From Eledone cirrhosa (taxonomy: Eukaryota), in contig OZ024749.1 of NCBI GenBank assembly GCA_964016885.1, positions 28,210,001 through 28,274,000 on the forward strand: a stretch of DNA of 64,000 nt, in the 5' to 3' direction. Both the position numbers and the translations under genes were made by a program. This document shows, piece by piece, positions 23,236 through 38,800 of this stretch. Each line of letters begins with the position of its first letter. Position 1 is the first letter of the stretch. The notes under the pieces were generated by a model. It was given only the letters and a program-made list of their open reading frames with translations. It searched no databases and had not been told where the DNA came from.

Positions 23236-26200
23236 CTGTAGTGTATATATATCTGACTGTAGTGTATATATATCTGACTGTAGTGTATATATCTGACTAT
23301 AGTATATATCTGACTGTAGTATATATATCTGACTGTAGTATATATATCTGACTGTAGTATATATATCTGACTGTAGTATATATATCTGACTGTAGTATAT
23401 ATATCTGACTGTAGTGTATATATCTGACTGTAGTGTATATATCTGACTGTAGTGTATATATCTGACTGTAGTATATATATCTGACTGTGGTATATATATC
23501 TGACTGTGGTATATATATCTGACTGTAGTATATATATCTGACTGTAGTATATATATCTGACTGTAGTGTATATATCTGACTGTAGTGTATATATCTGACT
23601 GTAGTGTATATATCTGACTGTAGTATATATCTGACTGTAGTATATATATCTGACTGTGGTATATATCTGACTGTAGTATATATATCTGACTGTAGTATAT
23701 ATATCTGACTGTAGTATATATATCTGACTGTAGTATATATATCTGACTGTAGTGTATATATCTGACTGTAGTGTATATATCTGACTGTAGTATATATATC
23801 TGACTGTGGTATATATATCTGACTGTGGTATATATATCTGACTGTAGTATATATATCTGACTGTAGTATATATATCTGACTGTAGTGTATATATCTGACT
23901 GTAGTGTATATATCTGACTGTATTGTATATATCTGACTGTAGTGTATATATCTGACTGTAGTATATATCTGACTGTAGTATATATATCTGACTGTGGTAT
24001 ATATCTGACTGTAGTATATATATTTGACTGTAGTATATATATTTGACTGTAGTATATATATTTGACTGTAGTATATATATCTGACTGTAGTGTATATCTG
24101 ACTGTAGTGTATATCTGACTGTAGTATATATCTGACTGTAGTATATATATCTGACTGTGGTATATATCTGACTGTAGTATATATCTGACTGTAGTATATA
24201 TTTGACTGTAGTATATATATTTGACTGTAGTATATATATTTGACTGTAGTATATATATTTGACTGTAGTATATATATTTGACTGTAGTATATATATCTGA
24301 CTGTAGTGTATATCTGACTGTAGTATATATTTGACTGTAGTATATATATTTGACTGTAGTGTATATATCTGACTGTAGTATATATCTGACTGTAGTATAT
24401 ATATCTGACTGTAGTATATATATCTGACTGTAGTGTATATATCTGACTGTAGTGTATATATCTGACTGTAGTGTATATATCTGACTGTAGTATATATATC
24501 TGACTGTGGTATATATATCTGACTGTGGTATATATATCTGACTGTAGTATATATATCTGACTGTGGTATATATATCTGACTGTAGTGTATATATCTGACT
24601 GTAGTGTATATATCTGACTGTAGTGTATATATCTGACTGTAGTGTATATATCTGACTGTAGTGTATATATCTGACTGTAGTGTATATATCTGACTGTAGT
24701 ATATATCTGACTGTAGTATATATATCTGACTGTGGTATATATCTGACTGTAGTATATATATTTGACTGTAGTATATATATTTGACTGTAGTATATATATC
24801 TGACTGTAGTGTATATCTGACTGTAGTGTATATCTGACTGTAGTATATATCTGACTGTAGTATATATCTGACTGTAGTATATATATCTGACTGTGGTATA
24901 TATCTGACTGTAGTATATATCTGACTGTAGTATATATTTGACTGTAGTATATATATTTGACTGTAGTATATATATTTGACTGTAGTATATATATTTGACT
25001 GTAGTATATATATTTGACTGTAGTATATATATCTGACTGTAGTGTATATCTGACTGTAGTATATATATTTGACTGTAGTATATATATTTGACTGTAGTAT
25101 ATATATTTGACTGTAGTATATATATTTGACTGTAGTATATATCTGACTGTAGTATATATCTGACTGTAGTGTATATATTTGACTGTAGTATATATATTTG
25201 ACTGTAGTATATATATTTGACTGTAGTATATATATTTGACTGTAGTATATATATTTGACTGTAGTATATATCTGACTGTAGTATATATCTGACTGTAGTG
25301 TATATATCTGACTGTAGTGTATATATCTGACTGTAGTATATATATCTGACTGTAGTATATATATCTGACTGTAGTATATATATTTGACTGTAGTATATAT
25401 CTGACTGTAGTATATATATATCTGACTGTAGTATATATATCTGACTGTAGTATATATATCTGACTGTAGTGTATATATCTGACTGTAGTATATATATCTG
25501 ACTGTAGTATATATATCTGACTGTAGTGTATATATCTGACTGTAGTATATATATCAGACTGTAGTGTATATCTGACTGTAGTATATATATTTGACTGTAG
25601 TATATATCTGACTGTAGTATATATCTGACTGTAGTATATATATCTGACTGTAGTATATATATCTGACTGTAGTATATATATCTGACTGTAGTATATATAT
25701 TTGACTGTAGTATATATATTTGACTGTAGTATATATATCTGACTGTAGTATATATTTGACTGTAGTATATATATCTGACTGTAGTATATATGACTGTAGT
25801 ATATATATCCGAGTGTAGTATATATATCTGACTGTAGTATATATATCTGACTGTAGTATATATCTGACTGTAGTATATATATCTGACTGTAGTATATATC
25901 TGACTGTAGTATATATATCTGAGTGTAGTATATATATCTGAGTGTAGTATATATATCTGAGTGTAGTATATATATCTGAGTGTAGTATATATATCTGACT
26001 GTAGTATATATATCTGACTGTAGTATATATATCTGACTGTAGTATATATATCTGACTGTAGTATATATATTTGACTGTAGTATATATCTGACTGTAGTAT
26101 ATATCTGACTGTAGTATATATCTGACTGTAGTATATATCTGACTGTAGTGTATATATCTGACTGTAGTATATATATCTGACTGTAGTATATATATTTGAC

Positions 26201-27629
26201 TGTAGTATATATCTGACTGTAGTACATATATATCTGACTGTAGTATATATATCTGACTGTAGTATATATATCTGACTGTAGTGTATATATCTGACTGTAG
26301 TATATATATCTGACTGTAGTATATATCTGACTGTAGTGTATATATCTGACTGTAGTATATATATCAGACTGTAGTGTATATCTGACTGTAGTATATATAT
26401 TTGACTGTAGTATATATCTGACTGTAGTATATATCTGACTGTAGTATATATATCTGACTGCAGTATATATATCTGACTGTAGTATATATATTTGACTGTA
26501 GTATATATATTTGACTGTAGTATATATATTTGACTGTAGTATATATATCTGACTGTAGTATATATTTGACTGTAGTATATATATCTGACTGTAGTGTATA
26601 TATATCTGACTGTAGTATATATGACTGTAGTATATATATCCGAGTGTAGTATATATATCTGACTGTAGTATATATATCTGACTGTAGTATATATCTGACT
26701 GTAGTATATATATCTGACTGTAGTATATATCTGACTGTAGTATATATATCTGAGTGTAGTATATATATCTGAGTGTAGTATATATATCTGAGTGTAGTAT
26801 ATATATCTGAGTGTAGTATATATATCTGACTGTAGTATATATATATCTGACTGTAGTATATATATATCTGACTGTAGTATATATATATCTGACTGTAGTA
26901 TATATATCTGACTGTAGTATATATATCTGACTGTAGTATATATTTGACTGTAGTATATATTTGACTGTAGTATATATTTGACTGTAGTATATATATTTGA
27001 CTGTAGTGTATATATATCTGTCTGCAGTATATATATCTGACTGTAGTATATATATCTGACTGTAGTGTATATATCTGACTGTAGTGTATATATCTGACTG
27101 TAGTATATATATCTGACTGTAGTATATATATCTGACTGTAGTATATATATCTGACTGTAGTATATATATCTGACTGTAGTATATATATCTGACTGTAGTA
27201 TATATATCTGACTGTAGTATATATATCTGACTGTAGTATATATATCTGACTGTAGTATATATCTGAGTGTAGTATATATCTGACTGTAGTATATATATAT
27301 CTGACTGTAGTATATATCTGACTGTAGTATATATCTGACTGTAGTGTATATATCTGACTGTAGTGTATATATCTGACTGTAGTATATATCTGATTGTAGT
27401 ATATATTTGACTGTAGTATATATATCTGACTGTAGTATATATATCTGACTGTAGTATATATCTGACTAGTATATATCTGACTAGTATATATCTGACTAGT
27501 ATATATCTGACTAGTATATATCTGACTTGTATATATCTGACTTGTATATATCTGACTTGTATATATCTGACTGTAGTATATATTTGACTGTAGTGTATAT
27601 ATATTTGACTGTAGTATATATCTGACTGC
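22762..27629. repeat. 4.9-kb compound minisatellite CTGACTGTAG(TA)nT, mostly 17-21-bp units
   Basis: Roughly 250 units of a fixed 10-mer with variable TA tract. Confidence 0.97.
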
Positions 27630-27769
27630 ATAAAATTAGACATGTAACTGGTGTTCATGTAGTTTAGTGTGGGATAAGGATTGGCAAATGAACTCATCTG
27701 AGGACAGCAACATGAATGCTCCTTCATTGGTCCTGACATGTGATATATTTAATTGTAAGGTGATCTGTA

Positions 27770-27980
27770 GGTATCATGACAAAAAGCACCCAGCCCACAC
27801 TGTAAAGTGGTCGTGTAGGAATCACAACAAAAAGGACCCAGTCCAAACTGTAAATGTGATTGGCGTTAGGAAGGGCATCCAGCCAGAAACAGTTCTATAT
27901 GAGCTGGTCACCTGACAACTTGCCTCAAACGGGATAATCCGTTCAACCCATGCTAGTGTGGAAAATGATGATGATGATGA
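27770..27980 (+). mobile_element. SINE family A-related 3' half with (ATG)n tail
   Basis: aaaaagcacccagcccacactgtaaa...ggcgttaggaagggcatccagcc...aacccatgctagtgtggaaaatgatgatg. Confidence 0.8.
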
Positions 27981-28099
27981 TTTATTAATTTTATTAATTG
28001 AGAGTCACTAAAAAAACTTAAATGTGTCACGAAATATTTTATTTTTTAAAAAGTGTTGCCATTGTAAATTGTTAGAAAAACTGGTTTGTAAACTATAGC

Positions 28100-28640
28100 C
28101 ACTAAGGGCCATATTCCTATATGACCCACACCAAGGTCATATACATGACTCACCCCAAGGTTATCAGGGTCATATTCCTATATGACCCATACCAGGGTCA
28201 TATACCTATAATGACCCACACCAGGGTCATATACATATGACCCTGGTGTGGATAATCAGGGTCATATTCCTGTAATGACCCACACCATCCCAGGATTATA
28301 TCCCTTTGTTGATGCATACCTTGGATTATATCTTATCCAAACTGGGATTATATTAATCTATACTAACCCATACCTATGGTTATACCAACCCACACCCAGG
28401 GTTATAGTAACCCATACCCAAGTTAAATTGTTTTATTGACATATAGAGTTATGACAAATTGGGGTTATATTAACTTATACCAATCCATACCCAGGGTTAT
28501 ATTAACCCATACCCAGGGTTATCTTAATCTATATCCTAGGTTATATTTCTTTATTGACCCACACTGGAGTTTTAGTGATATAATTAGGACATATTAACCC
28601 ATATTAAGCCATATACAGGGTTATATTTCTTCTTTAACCC
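28100..28640. repeat. Degenerate minisatellite (ACCCATACCCAGGGTYATATT)
   Basis: Recurrent gacccacaccagggtcatat / acccatacccagggttat. Confidence 0.75.
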
Positions 28641-29166
28641 ATGCCACGACCAAGGCTTGAGATTGATCCAAGTTGACAATTATAATATAAAAAAAAAACC
28701 CATACATAACCAAACTATTTGTCATATAATTTAGGGATTAGCGTGTTATATAGTGTTGGTTCTCTCCATGCCATAGCTTTCGGGCCCACCTTACTATAGA
28801 GTTTAGGGGTGGCGACCAACCTGTTATGATTTAAGACAAATTATTCTACTAAAATTTAACCTCTGACTAAAACAGCAAATTTAAATATTTGAAAATATTA
28901 CTTTCAAAAATAGAACCTAAAGAATAAAAAACAAAAACAAAAAGGAATAATTTTTCTTTGGAGGGATTGAAACTGAAATTCTTGACAGATTTAACCAATA
29001 TTTTACAGCTGTTTCCCACCCACCAATCAGAGATATATAATAATAATAAAGTTCCCATAAGGATTCTCTGTAGGGAAGGGGGTGGGGTGGAGGGAAGACC
29101 CATCAAATTATACATCTCAGACTAACATGGGACATCACGTTTCTGTATTTACTCATCAGACAGACA

Positions 29167-29222
<56 letters not shown>

Positions 29223-29874
29223 TTCTCATTCTCTCACTCTAACAAAGACACTACACAGTAACAACTCATTAACATGTTTAGCTGCAAATGCTTGCAAAGC
29301 ACGAGTCATAAAACACTTTTAATGATGGTGATGATGGTGATAATGAATGACTGTATACAAACACACAGACACACACACACACGAGGCACATGAAAATAAG
29401 CTAGACAATCCAACAACATAAACACACACATACAAAAAAATAAAGATAAATATGAAATAAATAATAAAATAAAATAAAATAAAATAAAAATAATAATAAT
29501 GTTAACAGTAATAATAATAATGGTAATAATAGTTTCCAGTATAAATATAAATATAATGCTTTAGCTTGTAGAAATCTTCACCCACAAAAGCTGTTTCTAT
29601 TCCATTGTTTGTTATAAAGCTGATATCAAGTTGTAGAAGCCTGTATGAATACATTGCCGTGCTTCTAACATGTCTTCACCACAAAGATATCCAATTTTTT
29701 TGCACTACTGGACGAGATGTTGGCATGGGGGTAGGCAGCTATTGCAGCTAATGCAGCTTCTGTTTGTCTTGACTGCAGCAAGGAGGGTTTGATGCATGAT
29801 GCAGAGGTGGTGACACACACACACAAACATGAGAGAAATGGTCAATCCAATGATAAGATGGCGGTTTAATTTCA

Positions 29875-29932
29875 TCACCCATTTTCTTCTTCCTCTTCTA
29901 TATCAGGAGAACGCTGTTGTTGGACCTTCCTT
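29875..29932 (-). CDS. RUBCN: RUBCN last coding exon ([19 protein letters not shown])
   Basis: Acceptor tttcag at 29933, phase 2 matches previous exon, acidic C-terminus then TGA. Confidence 0.8.
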
Positions 29933-32900
29933 CTGAAATAATGAACCAGATAAAACAACAAATGAAGAAAGAAACTGACATTGTCACAGACAGAATCAAC
30001 TCAACATAGATAGATACATAGATCATCCCTTATAAATATGTTCAACTTTTCTTTACAATTTTTTATTTCAGATATGTTGGTTGTTTTTTCTTTTTCTTAC
30101 CAGAATTGTACTTTTCTGGGAAGTGACTTGATTTGACACCGTTTCTTAAAACTAAAACAATCACATCATGGAAGAGCCGTTTAGTCATTCATTGCACACA
30201 CAAACACACACACATATATACACACAACACACATGAAAAAAAACTGTTAAATTCACATTACATTTATCATTTATTTCATGGTGCCAACATTTTCATAGCG
30301 CTCTTTGTGACCTGGTCACTGACAGTTCTACTGAAATTAATTGAGATTGTATCAGAGACCAAGCTACAAAAAGTGTGGTAAACATTTTGACACCATAAAA
30401 TGAATGATAAATATAATACAGTGGAACCTCAGTTCACGAATGTCTCATCACAAAGAAATCAATTCACGAAAAATTTTTCCAAACATAAAAAATCTCAGTT
30501 GATGAACAAAACAAACACACAACCCAGCAACAACAGTTGGCAACAAGCTTGGAATATTGGTAGGAAAGCGTCACTTGCTGTGTTGTTAGTTATTATGGTG
30601 ATATCTATCTGTCTTCCACACACAGTTTCTCTCTCTCTCTCACTGTATTTCTCTCTCAACATTTCATAAGGGAAAAATAGTTTCAGTTTACAAACATTTC
30701 AGATGATGAACGGCCTTCAGGAACAAATTAAGTTTGTGAACTTAGGTTCCACTGTATGTGAATTTAACAATTTTTATAACACTCCTTGCAACATTGTCAC
30801 TGACACAGTTCCACAGCAACACAGTGAGATTGTATCAGTGACCAAGCTGCAAATAAGATGATTAACTTTTTGACACCATAATTATAAATGCAAAGAAAAA
30901 TATAACATCTATTTGCTAAAAAATGACTCTGCCACAATGTAATTGCTATTTTTGTTTGATTTAACAAAGTTTCCCATCCAGTTTTAAAAGCTATACTGAC
31001 AAAAATATAGTTGTAGAAATTAGTATGTTAATTGGTTTAAGTTAAATTGGGCCTAAAAATTAACATGTTAATATGACTAAAGCAATGAAGGTCATACAAT
31101 GCCAATGTCACCCATGTTGCCTTATAATTAAGAAATCATATAATATATTGATTGTGACAAAGAAATCATTAATTAGCACTAAGTTAACTACACCCCCAGG
31201 TCATAAGCAAGGCATTTATAGTTCCACTGAAGAACTATGGGAATCTGTAAAACGTTTTTTTTTAATATTTGTGTTTCCAGAAAAGTTTACCTAAATCAGC
31301 AAAGACAGGCACTAAAGAAACCAGGCAAGTGTTAGTCAGAAAAACAAAGTTTAGAAGAATCTAAAAGACTATTGGAAAAGATGGCATTACCAGCATGTTA
31401 GTATCAATATAATGCCTTTGTTAACATGTAACTTTAAGATGGAAGCAAGAAAAGCATTCGCTTTGAAAGTTAGAAATAGTCATGCTTTGTGATAAAATGT
31501 TATTTATTCTCTTCAATGGTTGTGGATAGTAACCTGAGGTATTAACTATAGGGCCTGTCAACCTGACCCTCCCCCCACACACTCCTTACATGACTCTCAG
31601 GATCAGCTGGTTTCTGGTGAGAGTACCTGGAATGTGTCCTATCTACAGTTATGGAAAATCTCTACTCCACCTCAATTTTGAAATTCCAGGTAGGTATCCA
31701 GTCCATGTTAAGAAGGGATGAGTGATGGAGCGAGAAGCTAGCAACCTTACTTCCAGTCGTCAAAACTGCTACAGAAATGACAAAAGTTTTCGATGTTCCA
31801 CAGGGAACTGAAGGAACTGAATTAACTAATGATTTGTTTGCCAATCAGAGGCAGAGTGAAGTCTTCAGCTACTTAGGTACTGTAAACCGAGTACAGCTTA
31901 TACACCAACGAGCACAACAGCATATGGGATGCAAAGACTGGGACTTTTGTTAGGTTTAGAATAGGTGCACCATATCCCTGGGTGTCGCAAGATACAACAA
32001 AAAAAGGGCTTAGAGCAAGGACACCCTATCTGTGTGTGTCATATGATATGACCAATATGACCAAAAAGGTCTAGAATAGGTCCACCATCCCTGTGTATGT
32101 CATAAGATACAACAAAAAGGTTTAGAGCAGGGGAACCCTATCCCTGTTTGTATGACAAAAAAGGTTTAGAATAGTTACACCATGTATGTATGTCTCGTAA
32201 GATACAACAAAAATGGTTGGCATCAAGAAGAGCATTTGACTGAAATATTGCCCTAAAATGTTGATCAGAGAAAATTTCAAGTAGGAACCCAGAGAGAACC
32301 CATGCAAGGAAGTAAATGAAGGGAAACATTTCTCAATTTGAAACTGTAAAGAAAAGGTTTATTGTTGTGAAGACTGTAAATGGTAGAGATGAAGAAACTG
32401 TTGAATGTTGTCAGGTAGAACAACACAGTTATAGAAGGATGAAGGGGAGGGGAGGTATTTGACAGCCAAGAAGGGAACAAAAAGTATCTTGACATGAGAA
32501 GAACAAATGTAAACCCATCATGCTTTCAATCAACAAACAGAATTAAATATATTGAACAGTAATCAATAGTTTAGGTTTTAGATATTGGAGCCTAATCTTC
32601 AGGAATTTGGTTGTTTGCTAAATATATCAACATAAGGCAGTAATTATTTTAATGGAGGACATGGAAAAGCTCAGGATCTTTGATGACTATCATCCTGGAG
32701 TGGGAATTGATGCAGTTCTGCTGCAACTGCTGTAGAGTACAGATGCAATAGACTAGTGCAGTATATAGATGCAACTGCAATAGACAAGTGCAGCATACAG
32801 ATGTAACAAACTGGTGCAGTATTCAACTACAACTGCAGTAAACTGCAGATGCAATACACTGCTGCAGTATAGAGATGCAACTGCAATAGACTAGTGCAAT

Positions 32901-33902
32901 GTATAGATACAACCTTAGTATATAAGTGCAGTATAGATACAACTGCATTAGATTGGTGCAGTGTAGATACAATTGCAATAGACTGTTGCAGTGTAGAGAT
33001 ACAACTGCAATAGATTGGTGCAGTTGATGTCAATATCTGGAGCCAAGATACAAATCCTTTATAAATTTCAAACTTAGACCCTCACAAGAACCTTGGCACG
33101 TGGTGGTGGGGTCTGAACTGCAGGAGCATCATTCCAAAATTATTGGTCAAGACACCTGGTGAACTGAGGGCCCCTGTTGAAGGACAATGGTAGTACATTA
33201 TGTGTGTGTGTGGGGGGGGGGGGGTTTAGTTGAATAGAATATAAACACTTTAACCCTTTCATTACTATATTTCTAATGAAAGATACTACCTATGATTTTG
33301 AAAATAATCAAGAATTTGGAAGGATTATAACTGACTTTCTCATTAAGTTAATGTTCAGAACATAACTTAACAAAGGTTCTCTACATAAAAAAAAACTATA
33401 ATGAAAGGTGTTTAGATAAGTATAAACACTTTAATAGAGTATCATAGGATAAGGATTGGTTTGGTATCCAAAAGGTTAACTAAACCTATGATATCAGAAG
33501 ACAAGAGGACAGCAATGCCTAAATTTAAAACTATTGATCTTCAGCAACTGTTAATCACATCAGAAACAGTATGATTGAGTGATTGATTGATTGATTGATT
33601 GGTTGGCAGGGAAGGGTTGAAAGGTAATATTAGAAATGATGATGAAAGCTCACTGCAAGGGAATACTTTACCAATGTCACTTCCACAAATAAGACATCAG
33701 TCAGCTTCGGATTTAACTTCTCTGAAGACAAGTTGAAAACCATGTCATTCCAAATATCTCATTAAAATTGTTTTCATTTAACAGACAAGGATTTGTAGGG
33801 AACTTTCTATAATATCACTCTCTTCAATTGATTTTTAAAACAAAACAATGTTTTATTTTGTTGGGAAAATTATTTTTATAATTGTATTTATGAGTTTTAT
33901 AT

Positions 33903-33935
<33 letters not shown>

Positions 33936-34148
33936 TTTGATTCATGCTCAAGCAAACAGCCTCAATTTCGTGATGTCTTATGTAACCAGCAATGTGAGAG
34001 CAAGAAACCAAATTCTAATTTTGTTTTTATTTTTATAATAATAATTGTAAAACCTTTTTTTGTCTGTCTGCCACAATAAGTTCTAAATTTTTATTTAGAA
34101 TTTATGGAACATCTATCTACCTACCTATTTATTCATCCTCTCTCTGTA

Positions 34149-34184
<36 letters not shown>

Positions 34185-35436
34185 AACGTAAAGTGGTTGT
34201 GATATGAAGAGCATTCAGCTGTAGAAAGCTTGCCAAACAAAGAGTTGGGAAGACACCTCAATTGTGTCAAAGACATGACAACCTCCCCTGTGCACTGTAT
34301 AGAATGTGAGACCATACGTAAGTGAGGCAACAGATCCTTGGCCCGTCTTGGTGATCAATAGCAACCGCTTCAGTACTGACTTGGTCTATGTAGATACACC
34401 CAACCTGTCCTAGCAGGGACAGCAGATGTTAAAACAATGACGATATATACATGTGTGTGTGTGTGAACTGCTTACAGAATGAGAACAAATTTTTTTAATA
34501 TTTGACAAAACTTAAATCCATTTAATGTTACAATTATGAAAATATTCATTCTGTTGGATTAAAGAAAAAAAAGCTTTAAATATACCTCTGTGCTTTTTCA
34601 CTTAATGTGTGTTTGTGTGTGTAAGGCTTTTATCGATATAGTCACATTTAAAATAAATATTGATGTCCTACATATATGAAATTAACAGAGTAGGTAGAGC
34701 ATAGGACAAAATGATTTGTGGAATTTATTTTTGCTCTTTGTATTCCGAGTTCAAATCCCAGTGAGGTTAATTTTGCCTTTCATTCTTTCAGGGTCAATAT
34801 AACAAGGTATCAATCTAGAACGATGGATTGGCAGAATTCTTAAACCATTGGACAAAATGATTTGTGGAATTTGTTCCAGGTTTTTACTTTTTATTTTGGT
34901 AATTCTAAGTTCAAATCTTGTTGGTAGCTACTTGGCAAGTAGACTTAATCCATCACTCTATTTAACACTACTGCCACCTGGTCTGTGCGTGTCTTTAACA
35001 GAATCTAGTCCACTACAGTGGTAGACTTAATCCATTAACCAGTTAAATACCACTACCTGGTCCTTAAGTAAAGTCCACTCTGTTGTACTCATTTGGATCA
35101 TGACACTAGTTTGGGGATACCTCCCTTTCCCCCACACCACACTAATTTTTGAGGCCCTTAACATGGATCAGACACTACCCCACCATCCTAACAAAAACAG
35201 TAAAAATAGGTATATAAATAAAAAAAAAGAACCCCAGTTATTTTGACAATGTCAACCCTTGAGGGACTTGAATGAAGAAATATAAAAAAGGTAGATATTC
35301 TAAATATTTTATAAAACTTCAAATTTCATCACATTTGTCACTTTTTTCCTGTTTTTCAAGAAGATATTGATGATTATGAAATATATTGTGTTGGTAACAT
35401 ACTGTGTTTGCAAAATATATTATATTTGTAAGTTAT

Positions 35437-35487
<51 letters not shown>

Positions 35488-35816
35488 TGCATTTATAAAA
35501 TATATTATGTTAGTAAGTTATATTGCATACATGATATATATATAAATACTGTGTTTATAAGATATGTCTGTAAGATATATTGTATATATAAATGCTGTGT
35601 TTATAAAATATATGTCTGTAAGTTATATATATACATATAAAATACTGTGTTTATACAATATATTATGTTAGCAGGATATATTGTATATATACATACTGTG
35701 TTTATAAAATATATTATGTCTGCGAGATTAAATATTCTATGTCTGTTATATTGTATATCATCATTTTATGTTTATAAAATATATTATATTAGTAAGTTAT
35801 ATTGTGTGTGCGTGTG

Positions 35817-35862
<46 letters not shown>

Positions 35863-38800
35863 CTGTGTTTATAAAATATATGTCTGCAAGATATATTGTA
35901 TATATATATCATCACCGTTTTACGTCCATTCTTCCACGCTAGCATGGGTTAGATGGGTTGTCCTGTTGTGGGCAATGTTTAAAAATATGTTAGTAAGTTA
36001 TATTGTATATATATACTGTGTTTATATAATATATTATGTCTGCAAGATATATTGTACATATACATAGTGTGTTTATAAAAAAATATATTATGTTTATAAG
36101 ATTTATTGTATATATATACATACTGTGTTTATAAAATATTTTATGTCTCTGAGATATTATATATATACATACTCTAAAATATATTATGTTAGTAAGTTAT
36201 ATTGTGTATATAAAATATATACTTTTAAAATTTAAAATACATTTATGTGTTTATAAAATATATTATGTTTGCAAGATATATTGAGTATATAAATACTGTG
36301 TATATATAATATACTGTGTACAGGGTGGGTGGAAAGAAACTCCCTATTGAAAATTCCTAATAACTTTTGGCTTTTTGTGACCACTTCGGACATCAATGAC
36401 CTCATATTAATGTAAGATGGGGCTCCTCCTCATTTTGCATGTATTGCCTGGCAGTGGCCTGATGTCTAATTTCCAGGACGTTGGCTGAGTCAGCAAGATC
36501 CACAGAAGTGGCCAGCAAGAAGCTGTGACTTAATGCCAAGCAGGTTTTTTTTTTCCTTGTTTGGGTGGATGAAGGAAGAAGTATATATATATCTCAAAAC
36601 CGAAAACTGACTGAATCGGAGGGATTCATGTACTGACTAACATACCCTATGTACTGTACATGCACTTTTTTGATGAGTTGTGGTGCACCTGGGCACTGTA
36701 CACAATATTTCATTATTGTTATTATATCATGACTCATACACTGTTCATTTTCCTGACACTTTATTATTCTATGTACTATACATGCACCTTTGATGAGTTG
36801 TAGTGCACCTGAGCACTGTACACAATAATTTCATTATTATTATTATTATTATACCGCCTGACTTCCTCATGAATTTAAGTGAGGATATACCCAGACGATT
36901 ACAAACACTGGCAGACAACGCTGGTGTCTATGTAGAATGTGTCTTGCTCAAAGAAACAACACATCACCCGGTCTGAGAATTGAACTCACAACCTTTCGAT
37001 TGCAAGGCTAATGCTCTAACCACTAAGCCATGTGCCTCCATTATACTGTTCAAAATAAAACATGTTTTACGAAAATCGATTAATAATAAATAAAGTAATT
37101 AACAATTTTAAATAGGGAGTTTCCATTCCACCCAGACTGTATGTAAAATATATATCTTTAATATCTAGAACCGGTCAGTAACTTACCTGACAGCAATGCG
37201 AGCACACTTAGGACATTTATTGGGGACATAACAGCTGATATGGTAACAAGCTTTACAATCTGAAGAGGAAAAAGAAAGATGTAACATGTCAGATAATAAC
37301 ATCCAGATAATGACACTCTGGTTAAGATTTTATGATCTATTTATAAACACTTTGGTGTGGATGGTCACAGATGGATTGGTTGGGGGTATTATATATAAAT
37401 ACTTCAGTATGGGTGGTCTCATGTTGGTTTTATATATGAACACTTTAGTATGGTTGATCACAGGTGAGTTGGGTTGGAGTGGAGTTATATATGAACACTT
37501 TAGTATAGATGGTTTCATGTGGGTTGGGGGTGGGTGCATAATATATGGACACTTTGGTATGGATGGTGTCAGGTAGGTTGGTGGGGGTATTATATATATG
37601 AACACTTTAGTATGGTTGGTCACAAATGGATTGAGTTGAGTTGGGGTGGGGTTATTACATATTAATACTAGTATGGATGGTATCAAATAGGTTGGTTGGG
37701 GTGGGGGTATTATATATAAATACTCTAGTATGGATGGTCTGAGGTGGGTTGGTGGGGTGGGGGTAGTATAAATATGAACACTTTAGTATGTAAAAAGAAT
37801 TAAGAATTTAATCCTACATCATCACCCTCAACAGTTTTGTCAGTTCTTCCATACAAGCACTAGTTGATGGCTAGTGTTGTATGTGGCATTAAGTGATTGA
37901 GAGCACAAGACTCCCATCCTCCCCTGGACAGGATATCAGAATTCATCCTAGTTCCATGTGGTGTTAAGTGATTGAGAGCACAAGACTCCCATCCTCCCCT
38001 GGACAGGATATCAGAATTGATCCTAGTTCCATGTGGTGTTAAGTGATTGAGAGCACAAGACTCCGATCCTCCCCTGGACAGGATATCAGAATTGATCCTA
38101 GTTCCATGTGGTGTTAAGTGATTGAGAGCACAAGACTCCGATCCTCCCCTGGACAGGATATCAGAATTGATCCTAGTTCCATGTGGTGTTAAGTGATTGA
38201 GAGCACAAGACTCCCATCCTCCCCTGGACAGGATATCAGAATTGATCCTAGTTCCATGTGGCATTAAGTGATTGAGAGCACAAGACTCCCATCCTCTCCT
38301 GGACAGGATATCAGAATTGATCCTAGTTCCATGTGGTGTTAAGTGATTGAGAGCACAAGACTCCCATCCTCCCCTGGACAGGATATCAGAATTGATCCTA
38401 GTTCCATGTGGTGTTAAGTGATTGAGAGCACAAGACTCCCATCCTCCCCTGGACAGGATATCAGAATTGATCCTAGTTCCATGTGGCATTAAGTGATTGA
38501 GAGCACAAGACTCCCATCCTCCCCTGGACAGGATATCAGAATTGATCCTAGTTCCATGTGGCATTAAGTGATTGAGAGCACAAGACTCCCATCCTCTCCT
38601 GGACAGGATATCAGAATTGATCCTAGTTCCATGTGGTGTTAAGTGATTGAGAGCACAAGACTCCCATCCTCCCCTGGACAGGATATCAGAATTGATCCTA
38701 GTTCCATGTGGTGTTAAGTGACAGAGTACAAGACACTCATCCTCCCCTGGACAGGATATCAGAGCTTATCCTAGTTCCATGTGGTGTTAAGTGATTGAGA

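Noticed and set aside
23297-27739. 1480-aa ORF on the minus strand
   Set aside because: Lies within the CTGACTGTAG(TA)n minisatellite, whose minus strand lacks stop triplets; the translation cycles through three repeat frames
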